Position numbers and translations under genes: made by a program. From the NCBI GenBank assembly GCA_951406725.2, contig OX597818.1, forward strand, positions 27,776,001 through 27,840,000: a stretch of 64,000 bases of DNA, read 5' to 3'. Source of the stretch: Octopus vulgaris. Lineage: Eukaryota. Shown piece after piece: positions 14,106-27,474 of this stretch (the stretch's first letter is position 1; each line of letters begins with the position of its first letter). Under the pieces are notes generated by a model. It made no database searches and had not been told where the DNA came from. It saw only the letters and a list, made by a program, of their open reading frames with translations.

Positions 14106-15799
14106 TCAAATAATTCCATGTGCTTGAGAAGACTCATCCAGCTAAGTAAAAATCAAGACCACAAAGGCATGTCATTTACATCTATGCTCCTGGCAAACTT
14201 CTCTCCCATAACCCATACATCTCCCCCTTCCTGCCACTCATGTTCACTACTCACTGTATTTCTCCCCTTTATCTCTCACTCCCTTGTTGCAAACTTGCAA
14301 ACCTATCTGCACAGAATGTGCCCCTGTCAAATCTTTTCCCAGCAATATATCCTCCTAACACTCCCCTTCTGTCTGCTTGTGTCCACTTGCTACAGTCCAG
14401 CACTCTCTCTGCTTTTGTACTCGCATGAACTTACCCACCTCCTCAAACTATCCAATCCTTGATTCCACATCACTTATTTACACCTTCCTGTAACTTGAAT
14501 TATGTTTTCATTTTTTCTCTCTCTCATCCTCCCTTTCTCTCTTCAGCTGAGGTAACCATGTATCTCCTCTACTGCAAGGTAACTATTTCTGTCCCTTCAT
14601 TCATGCCTTAAACTTACATCACCTGGCATAAACCCACTTCTTTCCATGCTATTCCTCTCTTCTGTTGAATGGTCTTCTCTTACAAGTTACTTAATGACCT
14701 TGCTACTGCTGGTGCCATGTAAAACTGGAAGAATCCCACCATATGTATGTCTAGATGTATGAATGCATGTTTATGTTACTGTCTTCTTGCCCCGACATTA
14801 TATGCTAATTGTAAATGAGTGTCACCATCATGCATATGGTGCTTTTTATTTCCAATCTTCTGTGAAAACATGTCTGTTCAAAATGGAAATATTACCTTAT
14901 TTGGAAATAGGTGACTGATGTCAACAGGAAGGCATCTAGCTGTAGATAATTTGCCTTCATGTCCACCGTTCCATGTGAGCATGGAACAGTTAACATTAGA
15001 ATTGTGATGATATGCACACGCAAACACATGCATGCACACACACATGCACACACACAAACACATACACATGTACATGTACATAAAATAATAAGAATGGACA
15101 ATCACAGTTCAGTGAAACATGTGCTTATCCATCAGTAAGATGTCCATCTAATTACATATATAATATAAAGATATCTACTTCCACATCAGCTACTGGACTG
15201 CCAGATATCAAAATCAACCATGCTTACATTTTGACTGTAATTAGAGAGAAGAATATAACTTAGTTGCTGAAGCTATCTTTGGGAATCTACCATGCAATAT
15301 CCTCTCCTGCAAGTCAGGTAATTTCTGTTCTTTTTTCTAGTCTTTAAGTTTGTTCGGTGTCATTAGTAAGTATAGAGTCTGTCATTGTTATTTTCGGAAA
15401 TAGAAGTTCAATAAAAATTAGTCAAATAAAATAATGACTAAAAATGCATGTGTTCTCAAATACTGTCCACACCCTGCATATAATAGGGTAAACTTTGCCT
15501 TTCATCCTTTTGGGGTTGATAAATCAAGTACCAGTTGAGTACTGGGGTCAATATGATTGACTGTCCCCCTCCACAAAATCCAAGCCTTGGGTCTACAGTA
15601 GAGAGGATTATCTTATATTAAGTCTGCTTGTCATTCTGTTACTTAGCCCATATGTAATGCTATCACATGATTAGTTGAAGAGAAAAGTGAAGAGCAATAG
15701 AAAAAGAGGGAGAAACAGAAGAGAGTGAGAGAGAGAGATAGAGAGAGTGAAGCATTCATGATATGAAGTAGGGAGAATGTGGGGGTAGTAGTGGGAGTC

Positions 15800-15982
15800 T
15801 AGGGCATTTACCTCCCCCATGGACAATAACCCCCAAGGACATCAGATGATGATATAAAACTTCTTAATATATTGAAGAGGGGGGAATTAACCAAGAGTGG
15901 TAATTGTCTTAGGGTGTAATTGTCCTGGGGGTAGTTATCGTTGGGGAGAATTGTCCTATGGGGGGGGGAGTAATTGTCCTGA
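15800..15982. mobile_element. Short MITE-like element with multimeric subterminal inverted motifs
   Basis: Left side has ggacaataaccccc / catttacctccccc; right side has several copies of the complementary gg..taattgtcc motif. Confidence 0.5.
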
Positions 15983-17025
15983 TATGAGTGGTGGTGATGG
16001 AGGTGGCAGTGGTGACTGGAAAGTGAAAAGTGTATTTTTATTTAATTGAACTAAGTTTTTTTTTTATATCATCTATCACTTAATGCATGCACATAAGTAT
16101 AATTTCATGAGATATTCTCATTTATTTATGTGACAGATGCATGCAGTTTGACTAAAGGCTGTATCACATGTTCAGCAATTTTTTTTGTTTATGGGGAAAA
16201 TGGAAAACAAGAATGAATATTTATTTTATGAGTGCTGTGTATTAAGTCTATAAAATTGTGCATAAAGTGTATATAGTGTATATAGAAGGTACATTAAGTA
16301 ATCATTGTATTTCAGTTTCTTTCACTTTTCAATCAGTTGTAGATGAGTGACTATCTTTCTATGCAGACACAACACAGGCTATGCTTTCAGGTTTTTTGGA
16401 AAAAGTTTTCAGAAATAACCCAATAGGTTTACCATTAATTCCATGAAATATTCATGGGTCCCACTATTATATTTAATTATTACTATCCTCATCATCACCA
16501 CCCCTCTCATTGTCATTGTCAAGGTGGTGATCTGGCAGAATTGTTAGCTTGCCAGAAAAAAATGCTTAGTAGCAAAAGTAATTATTACTATCATGTGGTA
16601 AATAAGCAGCATCAGTAGGGCATGGGACAAAATACTACGCATTATTTAGTTAGGCCTGTTTACATTCTAAGCTCAAAGTCCAATGAAATTGATATTGACT
16701 TTCAACTCTTCAGGGTCAAGAGAAGAGAGAACCTATCTTGGGGGACTGGTAGTGAGTAAGCCTTACTTCTCAAAATTGCTGACTTTTTACCTAATTCATT
16801 ACAATTGTGCTTTTCTCATAAAATTTATTCTTTTTTGCCAATGTTCAAATATTTATCAATATAGAATTATACTTAAAACTTTTTAAAAATGGTTATTTTA
16901 TTCAAAATATACTTCTGTTTTGTTTTGTTCTTTTATTTCTTATGTTTTTTTATTAAGTGCAGGTATTTGGTTTTGCTTGGAATAATTTTTCTTTCTTTTA
17001 ACTTTTTATGTTCTGAAATTCATAG

Positions 17026-17283
17026 ATTCTCTAGAAAGAGATGACATGACACTAAATGTTTCAGGAGGAAAAGTATGTGTTGATACTCCAACCAAATTCC
17101 GCTGCAGTTGGAAAGGTGGTGATCCTCCAGTAAGTGTAACCTTGATGTACAAAAATATATCAAATACTAGTAAAGAAGAAGTTGAAGTTACTGTAACACC
17201 TTCTGAATCTCATCGAACAGTCAAATGTCTGGGAACTCATATTGCTGCCAATGTGTCTCATGAAAAGAATTTTACTATTTATT
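17026..17283 (+). CDS. Ig-superfamily receptor, Ig-domain exon A (first recognisable exon; upstream exons not found)
   Basis: Acceptor catag|AT (an in-frame alternative ctag|AA starts at 17035); donor T|GTGAGT; phase 1-1. Peptide SLERDDMTLNVSGGKVCVDTPTKFRCSWKGGDPPVSVTL...TVKCLGTHIAANVSHEKNFTIY, with the Ig Cys pair and a GGxP motif. Confidence 0.88.
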
Positions 17284-17666
17284 GTGAGTATAAATGAAGC
17301 CTCTTTTGAAAATTTTTATCTTCTGTTTTTATCATTTAAAAAAAAATTCAAATATGAGATTAGTAAAATGTAAGAGTAAATGTACTCTTACATTTTACAA
17401 AAGTAAAATGTCTTTTGTAAATGCTGGTTTTTGGGTGAAGGAAACAATAATAAACAATACTCTGTGATACCAAAATGGTGAGAATTGTTTTATTTTTTTG
17501 GAACCATATATCTAATTGTATTGTTGGAATTTGTTTGTGGTTTTATCATATAAGTTGAATATTCAGAAGGAATGAACTTATGGTCAAATTCTGATATAAA
17601 TAAATATTCTTGTAAGGCTAAATACTTGGGAGCTCTTTAAATTTCATTTGAGAAGAGAGATAAGCA

Positions 17667-18235
17667 ATTAGAGAGATATCAGATTACTGGACCAGGTCAT
17701 CAAAGTCAGAAAAAGAGTTATGGCTAAGTTGATTAGGAAGAGAGTTAAACTAGATAAAATGTAGTTAAGCTTTGTACCAGAAAAAGGTACTACAGATGTG
17801 ATGTTCCTAGTGAGACAACTACAGAAATAACTGGCAAAAATGTAAGCTGCTGTATCTGACATTTGTTGACCTGGAGAACTATCACTAAATTAATTTAAAT
17901 AAATATATATATATATAATGAAACTAATTTTTGACCTGGAGAAAGCCTTTGACAGAGTTTACTCATTTGGTGATCTAATAATCACTGATGAAGCTAGGAG
18001 TAGATGAATGGCTTATGTGAGCCACACAAGCCATATGCAGGGATGCTGTCCAGCAAGATGAGAATTAGCAATAAGTACAGTGATAAATTTAGTGGGTATG
18101 TAGGATACTACCAATGCTCAGTCCCTTTCTATTTATCAAAGACCTCCATGAGAATTTAAGACTGGAAACTCTTTATGCTGATGTCCTCATTCTTATAGCT
18201 GAAGCAGTAGTAGGATCAGAAAAAAAATAGTGGTG
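17667..18235 (+). mobile_element. RTE LINE RT fragment (intronic)
   Basis: agagatatcagattactggaccaggtc...tttgttgacctggagaaagcctttgacagagt (FVDLEKAFDRV)...ctttatgctgatg. Confidence 0.8.
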
Positions 18236-19534
18236 GAGGAATTCCAACCACGTTTCGGGATTCGCTACATCAACAGCTCCTTTATAGGATCCAGTGGCTA
18301 AAGACATTATCAGGAGGAACCACGCTCTGTTTCGGCCCCCCAATCTGCTACCATTCTCGATGTGGTGGGGGCCCCCACCTTTCAGAGGTGTCTTCAGCTC
18401 TGGTCTTGAGTGCATTTCTTCTTTTTCCTTTTTTCTTTTGTTCTTTGGTTTCTTCGATGCAGTGTCAGCAAATGTCAGTGGGCAACTGACCATCCTGCCA
18501 AATTTCCCTTTAAATACACGCTGGTAGGCTCCAGCAGCCAGCACCAGCTAAGTGTCATGTGACTCTATCTAAGCTTCAACTGACCAATGGAGGGGAAGGG
18601 CACATAGTTTTAGCTCGCGCCCTCTCTAAACCTGCCTTCCAACAATGTCATGTTAGTTTCAGTTCCAGCAGCCAGAGCTGACCAGCTGTTTGGTGGTACA
18701 AGCCTTTGAACTATAAATGAGAAAAGTAGACATAAAATGGTAATGATGATGATGTTTGTCTGTTTCGAGGAGGATACATACATATAATCTAAGAATCCAT
18801 AAGTCAGAAAAATAAGCACTCTCACATATGTCAATAGAGTAGATATATCAATCAATGTGTACAGTATTATAGATCCATGCAGCCAATCTTACAAATTGAT
18901 TTTGCACTGGGTATTAAAACTGGATGATAGTTAACAACACTGTTAAGTAATATCATGTGCTCTTCAGAGCCAGATAGTATGGAAAAATAATCTGTAATGC
19001 ACTTCATGAAGTTAGAAAAAATGTAAGTAAAATTTCATAAGTTTGCACAATCAGATTTTCATAATTTCATCTTTTTAAACCCTGCTTTATTTTTTTTACT
19101 TTGGAATTAAACTCCTCTAATTTTATAACAATTCATCATTATCAACAATCCCAGTTTCATTATATATATATATATTTATTTAAATTAATTTAGTGATAGT
19201 TGTGGAACTATTGTAAACTTATATTCAATATTTCCTTTTATTCTGCCTCCTTTCTTCCGAAACTTAGTCTTACTAATTGAATTTTGCCAACAAGGATTTC
19301 CTATATAGCTATATCTTTTCCAATATATTTGTTAGGATTTGAAAATTTGTATTGGATATTTTCTTTGAATGTAAAAGATTGCAATGCTAACAGAATTTAT
19401 TGAAAATTTTCTCATTTTGTATGCATCACTTTATATGTAATGCAGCATGGAATATTAATTACTGATGTAATAGCAAAAAATAAAATATCTTTATGCAAGT
19501 ATTTATGTAAATAATTTTATTTCCCTTTGTACAG

Positions 19535-19789
19535 ATCCACCTAAAACAATAGAAATCAAGACTGATGAACCCTTTCTTGAAGGTCGCAAAGGTATTTTGC
19601 ATTGTAAGGCAATAAATGGATATCCAGAAAAGTACAGCTACAGGTGGGATCCAAATAACAACGCCTCACAAAATTTGACACTTTCTCGACTCAGTCGAAC
19701 ACAAAATAATAAGGTTTTCATCTGTTATGCTTCTAACATGTGCAATAAAGAAAGAGAATTACGTAAAGTACATTGGATCAATGTAGAAT
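19535..19789 (+). CDS. Ig receptor, Ig-domain exon B
   Basis: ttccctttgtacag|AT ... GAAT|GTAAGT, phase 1-1. The spliced junction gives YPPKTIEIKTDEPFLEGRKGILHCKAINGYPEKYSYRW...LTLSRLSRTQNNKVFICYASN...WINVE. Confidence 0.92.
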
Positions 19790-20585
19790 GTAAGTTGAAA
19801 TGTTATGATTTTATAAATCTGTGAAATAATTCATTATTTACATTCAAGACAGAAAAGCACTGATTTTTTCATCTTCATTTTTGGTAATTTTGTATTTTAA
19901 CAGAAAATTTCCACATAATTAATTTTCTTTGCTTTTCCAAAATAACTTATTTAATAAAAATACAAATAGTAGGTTGTAAGGTACATAAATTATTCAACCT
20001 ATTAAGTTTTAAACAGCATATATACTGGAGACCTGCTTTTCTATATTATACTCCAATGATCTCTGATCTTTCAAAAAACTGGTGAATGCTTAGTTATGCT
20101 TTACATTAGCAAAACCTTGAATTGTGTCTGAGTAGAAATATCTATCTTTTAGTATCCATCTATCTCATCTCATGAATTGGAAGTTTCTGATCAGTCTACT
20201 CTTTTACAACATGTATTAATATAACAATCTCTGAACCACATTCTTGTATGCATTGAAGTTCAATTATGTATTCACATAAACATTGTTCTGCCTGTTTCTT
20301 CTAACAAAAGGCTGCTATACACATTATATCCCTTTTTACTCCTGCTCAACTTTCCACACAACCTTGATACATAAGAACAGACTTATAATTCTTTCATGAA
20401 CAGAGGCTTTTAAATCATCCTCTAATGGAAACATAACATGATGACATTTGTTTTTAGTATCATCAAACATAATCACAGCACATGTTAAAGAACAGACTTG
20501 CAACACTACGCCTTTTCTATGCTTGAGTAAAACAGCTAAAACTCTCAAAACTGCTAAGTCTCAAATGATATTTCACAGTAAATAC

Positions 20586-20634
<49 letters not shown>

Positions 20635-20637
20635 ATA

Positions 20638-21847
20638 TCTATAAAAGGGAGGATGTGTGTGCGTGTGTATGTGTATGTGATTGTAATTTATGCACATCCA
20701 CAAATTAGCACACATGTCACTCAAATTTTAGGAAGACATTTGTCAACATACTATCTGGGTTTTGTCAACTTATTTTTTTCCCAAGGCACCCGCGGATAGG
20801 GTAAAAATCTATTTTCAACCATAGCTTTTAACCATAACAAATATCAGCCATTGCTTTTTGATGGCGTCTAACAAAAAAAAAAGAAAAAGAAAAGTGGAAG
20901 GAGGCAGTGAGTTTCACAAGAAAGACAAAGTGAGAGAGAGAGAGAGAGAGAGCCATTGCGTTTTTGACAGCGTCTAACAAAAAGAAATGAGATAAAGAAA
21001 AGTGGAAGAAGGAGGCAGAGAGTTTCACAAGAAAGACAAAGTGAGAGAGGGAGAGAGAATGGAAGAAGGAGGCAGAGAGTTTCACGGGAAAGACAAAGTG
21101 AGAGAGGGAGAGAGTAAGTGACTACGTTCATAAAAAATAAAATGTAAAATGTTTTGTTTTTTGTTTTTGAAAGGCACACTATATTTTATAATCATAGTAT
21201 ATATACTTTCTCACACAACAATTACAATAAATTTATTTTAAATCGTTCACCTTTCTCTTCCCTCTCTCTCACACATATTACTTTGGGTGCGAAAGAGTTT
21301 TGTTTTTATTTTATGCCGAGTAAAAAAGTGTTTTGTTGACAATCCATTTATTTAACAACAAAGAAACAAAGAGGTGAGTAACAATTTGTCAGTGAATTAC
21401 ACAATATAAATGGGTACAATTTGTGAGGCTTCCACCACACCCCACTCCATTTCACGAACCACAAAGAGGGTTTTGAGGCCAGAGTAGTTGATTCCATGCA
21501 AAAAAAAAAACGATTTTTTTTTCTTAGTGAAAATTGTGTGAGTGTTAATCTACAAATTTAACAACATTTTTTTCCATTCAGTTCTGTTTATGAACATATA
21601 TGCGTGCACAAAACATGCAGTAGGTGTATGTACGTGTGTGTATGTGTGTTCGTGTCTGTTGCCTATATATATTTATATTATATTATATATATATATGATA
21701 TATATAATATATATATATAATATAACTAATTTCAATGGGTTTCGCCCAAATTTGACATCTATATTATTTAGTTTGGTTTGAAATAAAGAACTTGATTAGC
21801 TTAATAATCGTAACTTAATCCCGGGCAAGGCTGGGTTATACTGCTAG
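20638..21847 (+). mobile_element. Non-autonomous Helitron-like element
   Basis: 5' A|TCTATAAAA; 3' GC hairpin cccgggcaaggctggg followed by tactgCTAG|T; internal purine-rich tandem repeats of about 50 bp at 20880-21115. Confidence 0.7.
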
Positions 21848-24800
21848 TATATATATATATATATATAATATTGTCAATACAACATTCCAAAGATTAAGCT
21901 TCCACTCTAGAGTCAGAAATTATTTCAGCTCTGACTAATTGATTATCCTCTCAGAAAAAAGCCCTCATTAGAATACTACTCTAATATGTGGTATAGTTTT
22001 GCTGATGCATGCACATACACACATTATTGACTGCATCTCTCAAAAGACTGACTGTGGGGGGATTCACTTACCAGCATGCTGCAACTAGGAACCTTCAAAT
22101 TTTCTGCTTCACCTCTTCTACAACTAGTTCTGCTCTAAATTAGTAAGTAGCGTACTACTTCTGCCCACACTTATCTGATGATCCAAGCTATCCTAGCCTC
22201 ATTATCTTTGGTCTTATTCCTAAACCCTGTATTAATTCCTTCTGTCCTTTTATTTCAGAACTGAAAGTCTATGAAACTCCCTCCTCAATATTTTTCCTGC
22301 TGGCATAAATTTGCAGGAAATCAAATTGAGCATTAGCAACCTAACAAAGAAATTCTGCAAGTGTCATAGATATTGTTCCTCCTCTTCTAAATAAAATTTG
22401 CTCATAAATTACATTATTCACTACAGCAAAATAAGTTTTTGATAACATCACAGTTTATATTGCAGTTTTAATTGTAATTAATTTTCAACATTTCAGTTCA
22501 GCTCTATCAAGCTTTATCAAGCTTAATCAATGGTAAACAATATTTCTATTCAAATTGATAGAGCTCAGATTTGTTTCAGTCTGTGTGAAGGTTTACAGTT
22601 GTACATTTTCTTATAAAAGTTGCTCTTGTTTTATCATATAGTTCATATATAAATGTTATTTATCTCAACATCATGATATCTAGAACTAAAATAATACCTA
22701 CTATGTTCATTATATGTTTTATTGTTTGCATCATATAAGTGGAATTATAGCTGCGGTGGTACATGCCTATTGTGAGAGGTATGCTATACTGATACATATG
22801 ACTTGAAATATACCGTCTGGTTTTAGAGATACTAGAAATTAGAGGAGGTGGGTTGAATGCCTCACTCAACAGGAAGTGCTACTACATATAGAAAGTATTT
22901 TAAGATTTGAAGTTATCATAGTTTAATGTTTAATTATTGCTGTTGTTGCTCAGCTTTAAGTCAATCTTATGAAGAAAACCTATAGCATTAGGAAGGCCAA
23001 CTAGCTGTGACAAACCATGCCAAAAGAGACAGAGTAGCTTAGTGCAGTTCTCCACTAATTGTCCTACTGATGCCAGCATGAAAAACAGATCTTAAATGAT
23101 AATGATGATGATGATGATGTTATTGATCATCCTGTCCTTTTGTATATACAGCATTACCTTGTTCAATGTATCCCCCTTTTTTTGTTTACCAGACATTTGG
23201 ATTTGATTTGAAATCTATGACAATTCTAGCAGATTGAATGACTATTCAACACTTCCATCCTTGGTTCATATATTTAACTGTTTCCATAATTGTAAATTTC
23301 TTTTTCTGTTTAAGAAAAAGGAATTTATTGTGACATAGAGGGACAGGTAATCATGTAAAGTGTATGGATGTATAAAAATATACAGTGAAAGAAAAAGAAT
23401 AACTCATTAAGAGATGAGTGTATTTATTCAGTTTTCATTATTTAACATTGAACCCACTGGCCTTGAATTCCATTACCAATAATATGTGCCTATATCCAAT
23501 CAAACTAGTATTCTGTTTTGCCACATATTTCTGTTTAGACCTGGTGCACATGCTTTCTGCACCAGTCAATGATCATTTTACATTGCTGTTACAGCTTGTG
23601 TTCTGAATAAAGGTATCACTGTGGCTTTTGTGAAGTTTGTGCGAGGCTTGGGGGGAAAATATGTTGTATTTAAAATCTGACATCAGTCAGTTAATTATTC
23701 AATTTTTAGTCATTACATGGAGCATCAGAAAGGTTTTGATAATAACCATGAAAGTGATTTTGAAAGCATATTACCCAGCAGATAAAGATAGCATGCTAGA
23801 TGCTGTTTCTCTACAAAATGTACAAATTATATATGAGAAGTAGTCTCAGATTGCAGAAGAAGGGGTGTGGTGGTACTCCTAATAGGTTACTTTGAGATTT
23901 GTAATAACAATTGTTTTCTAATGATTTCAAACCTACAGAGATCTTGTGTCTAAAAATATTCTTGATAATCTTACTGCAGGATTAGCTAATCCTGTGAATT
24001 ATTTGATCCAGTTGTTCTGAATAGATGAAATTTGGTAGCTGTTAGTATATGAAACCAATAATCAAGCATTGCAAGTCAAAGCAGCTAATCCTAATAACTG
24101 CAATTCACTAACTATGTGAACGAAGATAACCTTGCTTTTGATAAAAATGATAAAATCGATAAATTTCATCTTGTGTTCACATATCTTTTGGAAAAACGGA
24201 AATATCACAAACTACAATGGAATCTGCCACTTGAAGAGAGGAGTATCAATACAAAGAATCAGTCAAAAAGATAATGTATCAAAAATAAATTCTTCATTTT
24301 CTGTTTATAATGGGTATATTCTTGTGTATTGAAACTGGAGATAATAACTACTGGAAAATTTGGTAATGAAAGACAGAAGACAAAAAAAGGGTGGTGTAAA
24401 GGATATCTCATTACAAATTAAACATAATTTATATTTATTACATTGTTAGCATCATGGACAAAATGTGAAGCAGCATTTCATTCATCTTTCTGTTCTGAGT
24501 TTAAATTTTCTAGAGATTGACTTTGCCTTTTCATTCTTTCAAGGTCATTAAAATAAATACCGGTTGAGCACTGGCTTCAATGTAATCAATCAGCTCCCTC
24601 TCCCAAAATTTCAGACCTTGTGTCTATGGTTGAAAAGATTGTATTTATTACATTTTGTCCAGTTGAATTTGCTAATATTTTTTCAGTTTTTCAGTTTTTC
24701 TGTGATTTTCATGTAGATGTCTACAGTGTTGTACGCCTTGTTAGGATTCAAAGAATTAAACAACTTTCATAATAAATGATAGGAAAATGTTTCATGAAGT

Positions 24801-24853
24801 TTCTTAAAAAATTTTCACCATGTGATTTAAAAAAAATTTATTTATTTTTATAG

Positions 24854-25102
24854 ATGTACCTGATATTATTGCATCAGAGAATATGACATTAATTGAGAAT
24901 CAAGCATCCATTGTAAACTGTTCTGCAAAAGGAAACCCTATCCCAGAAGTGAGGCTGGAATATGAAAATCAAAGTTTTCCTTCAAACTCCCCATTCACTT
25001 TTAATCGCAGAAATAGCAGTGATGTTTTCTGTGTTGCCAATGCAAAGAGCACAAAGCATGGAAATTTGACATCTAGAAAGAAAATTAATATCATGTTGAA
25101 AT
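24854..25102 (+). CDS. Ig receptor, Ig-domain exon C
   Basis: tttttatag|AT ... AAAT|GTATGT, phase 1-1. YVPDIIASENMTLIENQASIVNCSAKGNPIPEV...DVFCVANAKSTKHGNLTSRKKINIMLK (CxAxGNPxP motif). Confidence 0.92.
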
Positions 25103-25127
25103 GTATGTTAAGTATAGATATTTTTCC

Positions 25128-25155
25128 TGCTGCTGCTGTGCTGCTAAGGCTACTG

Positions 25156-25216
<61 letters not shown>

Positions 25217-25269
25217 CACCACCACTACTACCACCACTACTACTACTGCTGCTGCTGCTGCTGCTACTT

Positions 25270-25325
<56 letters not shown>

Positions 25326-25347
25326 GCTGCTGCTACTACTGCTGCTG

Positions 25348-25389
<42 letters not shown>

Positions 25390-25450
25390 TTACCTCCACC
25401 ATCTTCAATGTTATCATCTTCACCACTACCATTACCATCCCCATCACTAC
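25128..25450. repeat. Compound (CTA)/(CCA)/(CTG) trinucleotide microsatellite
   Basis: Visible run starting 25 bp after the exon C donor; explains the poly-L/S/V/T ORFs. Confidence 0.95.
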
Positions 25451-26206
25451 TAGCTCCTATATATAATCTGTTGCATTCCATCACTACAGTTTGTTACTTT
25501 TTAAAGTCTTATAACCAATTAGATTATTGAAGCACTCGAAAATACTTATTAGTCACAGCGTCTTACCTGTTGCTTGGATTCATGGTACCTATTTAGAGCT
25601 TGGTGGACTAATAACTGACACAGCATAACACCAGTAAAATACATGTGTTGTCTCTTCTTCCTGCCTATTCTATTATTATTACTATGACACTGCTCTTAAC
25701 ATTACGCAACCCCTTTCCAAGATTATATAATGCATTTGTCTCTCCTACTTTCCTGATTGCTCAAGCCCTGCACTAACCACTATACACAATCAAACCACCT
25801 CAGGGATGAAGTCTGTGATATTCCCTCCCCACTTATGCATTTTTTTGCAGATATTGGTAATCAAAATTGGACACAAACTGTATCAGTCTTACCAGATTTA
25901 GAAAATTTTTGAAAGAACAAAAACTGCAGCTACTTTTAGTTGACTGAGCTCTAAGTAATCATATAATGCTTCCATCTAACATGCTGTTCCTGCCATATCC
26001 ACTGTATTTACTCTGAGAATAATATTCATGACACTATACTTTGCAATCTTGTTGCTGTTCAGATTCAGAACTTCCTAAGATTAGGAGAAAAAATTACAGG
26101 TGTGAGAGCAAATCTTGAAATCAAAGGGCCTCAACATTAACTTGACAACATTAAAGTTTTAGGCATAATTAAATCTCAGAATGAGATTGAAACAGTAATC
26201 GCTCGA

Positions 26207-26630
26207 TAATGTAAGGTATAGAAGCCATCTTATCATGGCTAACCACATTGAGGATGGAGTGTTACTGTAGCTTTATAGCCCCAAGAGATCTTCGTCTCTA
26301 GCTGGCTTTAGACACAATATCTATGTCCTTGGAGTATTTGCAAAGGGAGGCCATCCCTTCCTCGCAAGCCTGAGTGATACACTCGAACTAGTTTCGGGAT
26401 TGTTGTCCCTCGTCAACGGGCGGTAACCACCAGGTAGCGATGAAACTAGTTCGAGCGTATCACTCAGGCTTGCGTGGAAGGGATGGCCTCCCTATGCAAA
26501 TACTCCAAGGACACAGATATTGTGTCTAAAGCCAGCTAGAGACGAAGATCTCTTAGGGCTATAAAGCTACAGTAACACCCCCTCCCCAATGTGGTTAGCC
26601 ATGATAAGATGGCTTCTATACTTTACATTA
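26207..26630. repeat. Long palindrome: arms of about 189 bp (26207-26395, 26442-26630) around a 46-nt spacer
   Basis: taatgtaaggtatagaagccatcttatc...gaactagtttc is the reverse complement of gaaactagttc...gataagatggcttctatactttacatta, with scattered mismatches; TA at both ends. Confidence 0.95.
26380..26422 (-). ncRNA. Minimal type-I hammerhead-ribozyme-like motif
   Basis: Minus strand reads cgcccg-UUGACGA-GGGA-caacaa-UCCC-GAA-ACUAGU-U-cgagug: near-canonical core (U in place of C3), 4-bp stem II, palindromic stem III (ACUAGU), GUU cleavage triplet, imperfect stem I. Confidence 0.6.
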
Positions 26631-27219
26631 AAGTTTTAGTATATCAGAAAACATACAAGACTCTTTCTCCATCTGGAAAGCTGCATTGTTTGATATGTAA
26701 AATAGAATTGGGTGGAAATTTGATACAGTGTACTCACTGAAAGTGCATCCCACTGTAGTAGCCCTTGAAAATATGATGTTTCATTAGCTATAAGGTCAAG
26801 TTCATATTGCTCCGAGATTATGGATTTGTAGTGGTTTAGATCCCTAACTGTGTCTTGCTGTGATTTTCTTAATAAGAAAACAAATTCAATGACAATCTTA
26901 GAATATGAAGACTTACAGGGTATGAACAAAAATATATTTTACAAAATAAAAGCATAAAAAAAAGGGAGAAAGAAAAAACAAACCTCAATGCAGTAGCAAG
27001 TGCTTCAATTGGTTGCATACCACAAGGTTCAGTGGAACCTACTGAAGCAAACCAGCACTCTTGTGGCATTACCATGGGCACATTCATGTATTACTATAAC
27101 CATATTATTTATAAATTTATTTTTGAAATGTGTATGGAACTGAAATTTTGTATTAATTTTTATTATATTTTCTAAACTGAAACTGCTTTCTGATTTTGTT
27201 TTTGTTATTTCTTTTTAAG

Positions 27220-27474
27220 ATCCTCCTCAAGTAAACATTCATATTTCAAATGAGACAAATAATACTTTACTAATTAATTGCACTGCATTTGATGGAAATC
27301 CAGAAAAATATGAATACAAACTGAAGCAAAAATGGGGAAACATCACTAAGAATACTTATAATATAAATGTATTATCAATAAATAATTCTACTTTCAATAA
27401 TACTGGTACATGGGAGTGTCATGTAAGCAATGAAGATTTTCATGTGAGTAAATCATCAAACTACAAAATTCCAG
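27220..27474 (+). CDS. Ig receptor, Ig-domain exon D (absent from the ORF track)
   Basis: ttctttttaag|AT ... CCAG|GTAAGT, phase 1-1. Hand translation: YPPQVNIHISNETNNTLLINCTAFDGNPEKYEYKLKQKWGNITKNTYNINVLSINNSTFNNTGTWECHVSNEDFHVSKSSNYKIP (xTGTWEC F-strand motif). Confidence 0.92.

Noticed and set aside
15245-15317. Possible exon ending CAG|GTAATT upstream of Ig exon A
   Set aside because: Poor acceptor context, and the peptide (REEYNLVAEAIFGNLPCNILSCKS) has no signal-peptide or Ig features.
18240-18325. CCTGATAA...CCCGAAACGTGGTT on the minus strand, as a hammerhead
   Set aside because: The core is mutated and stem II does not pair.
25103-25530. Poly-Leu extension of ORF 24883-25530 as a transmembrane segment
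   Set aside because: It lies past the GTATGT donor at 25103 and is a CTA microsatellite; the real TM exon is at 33598.
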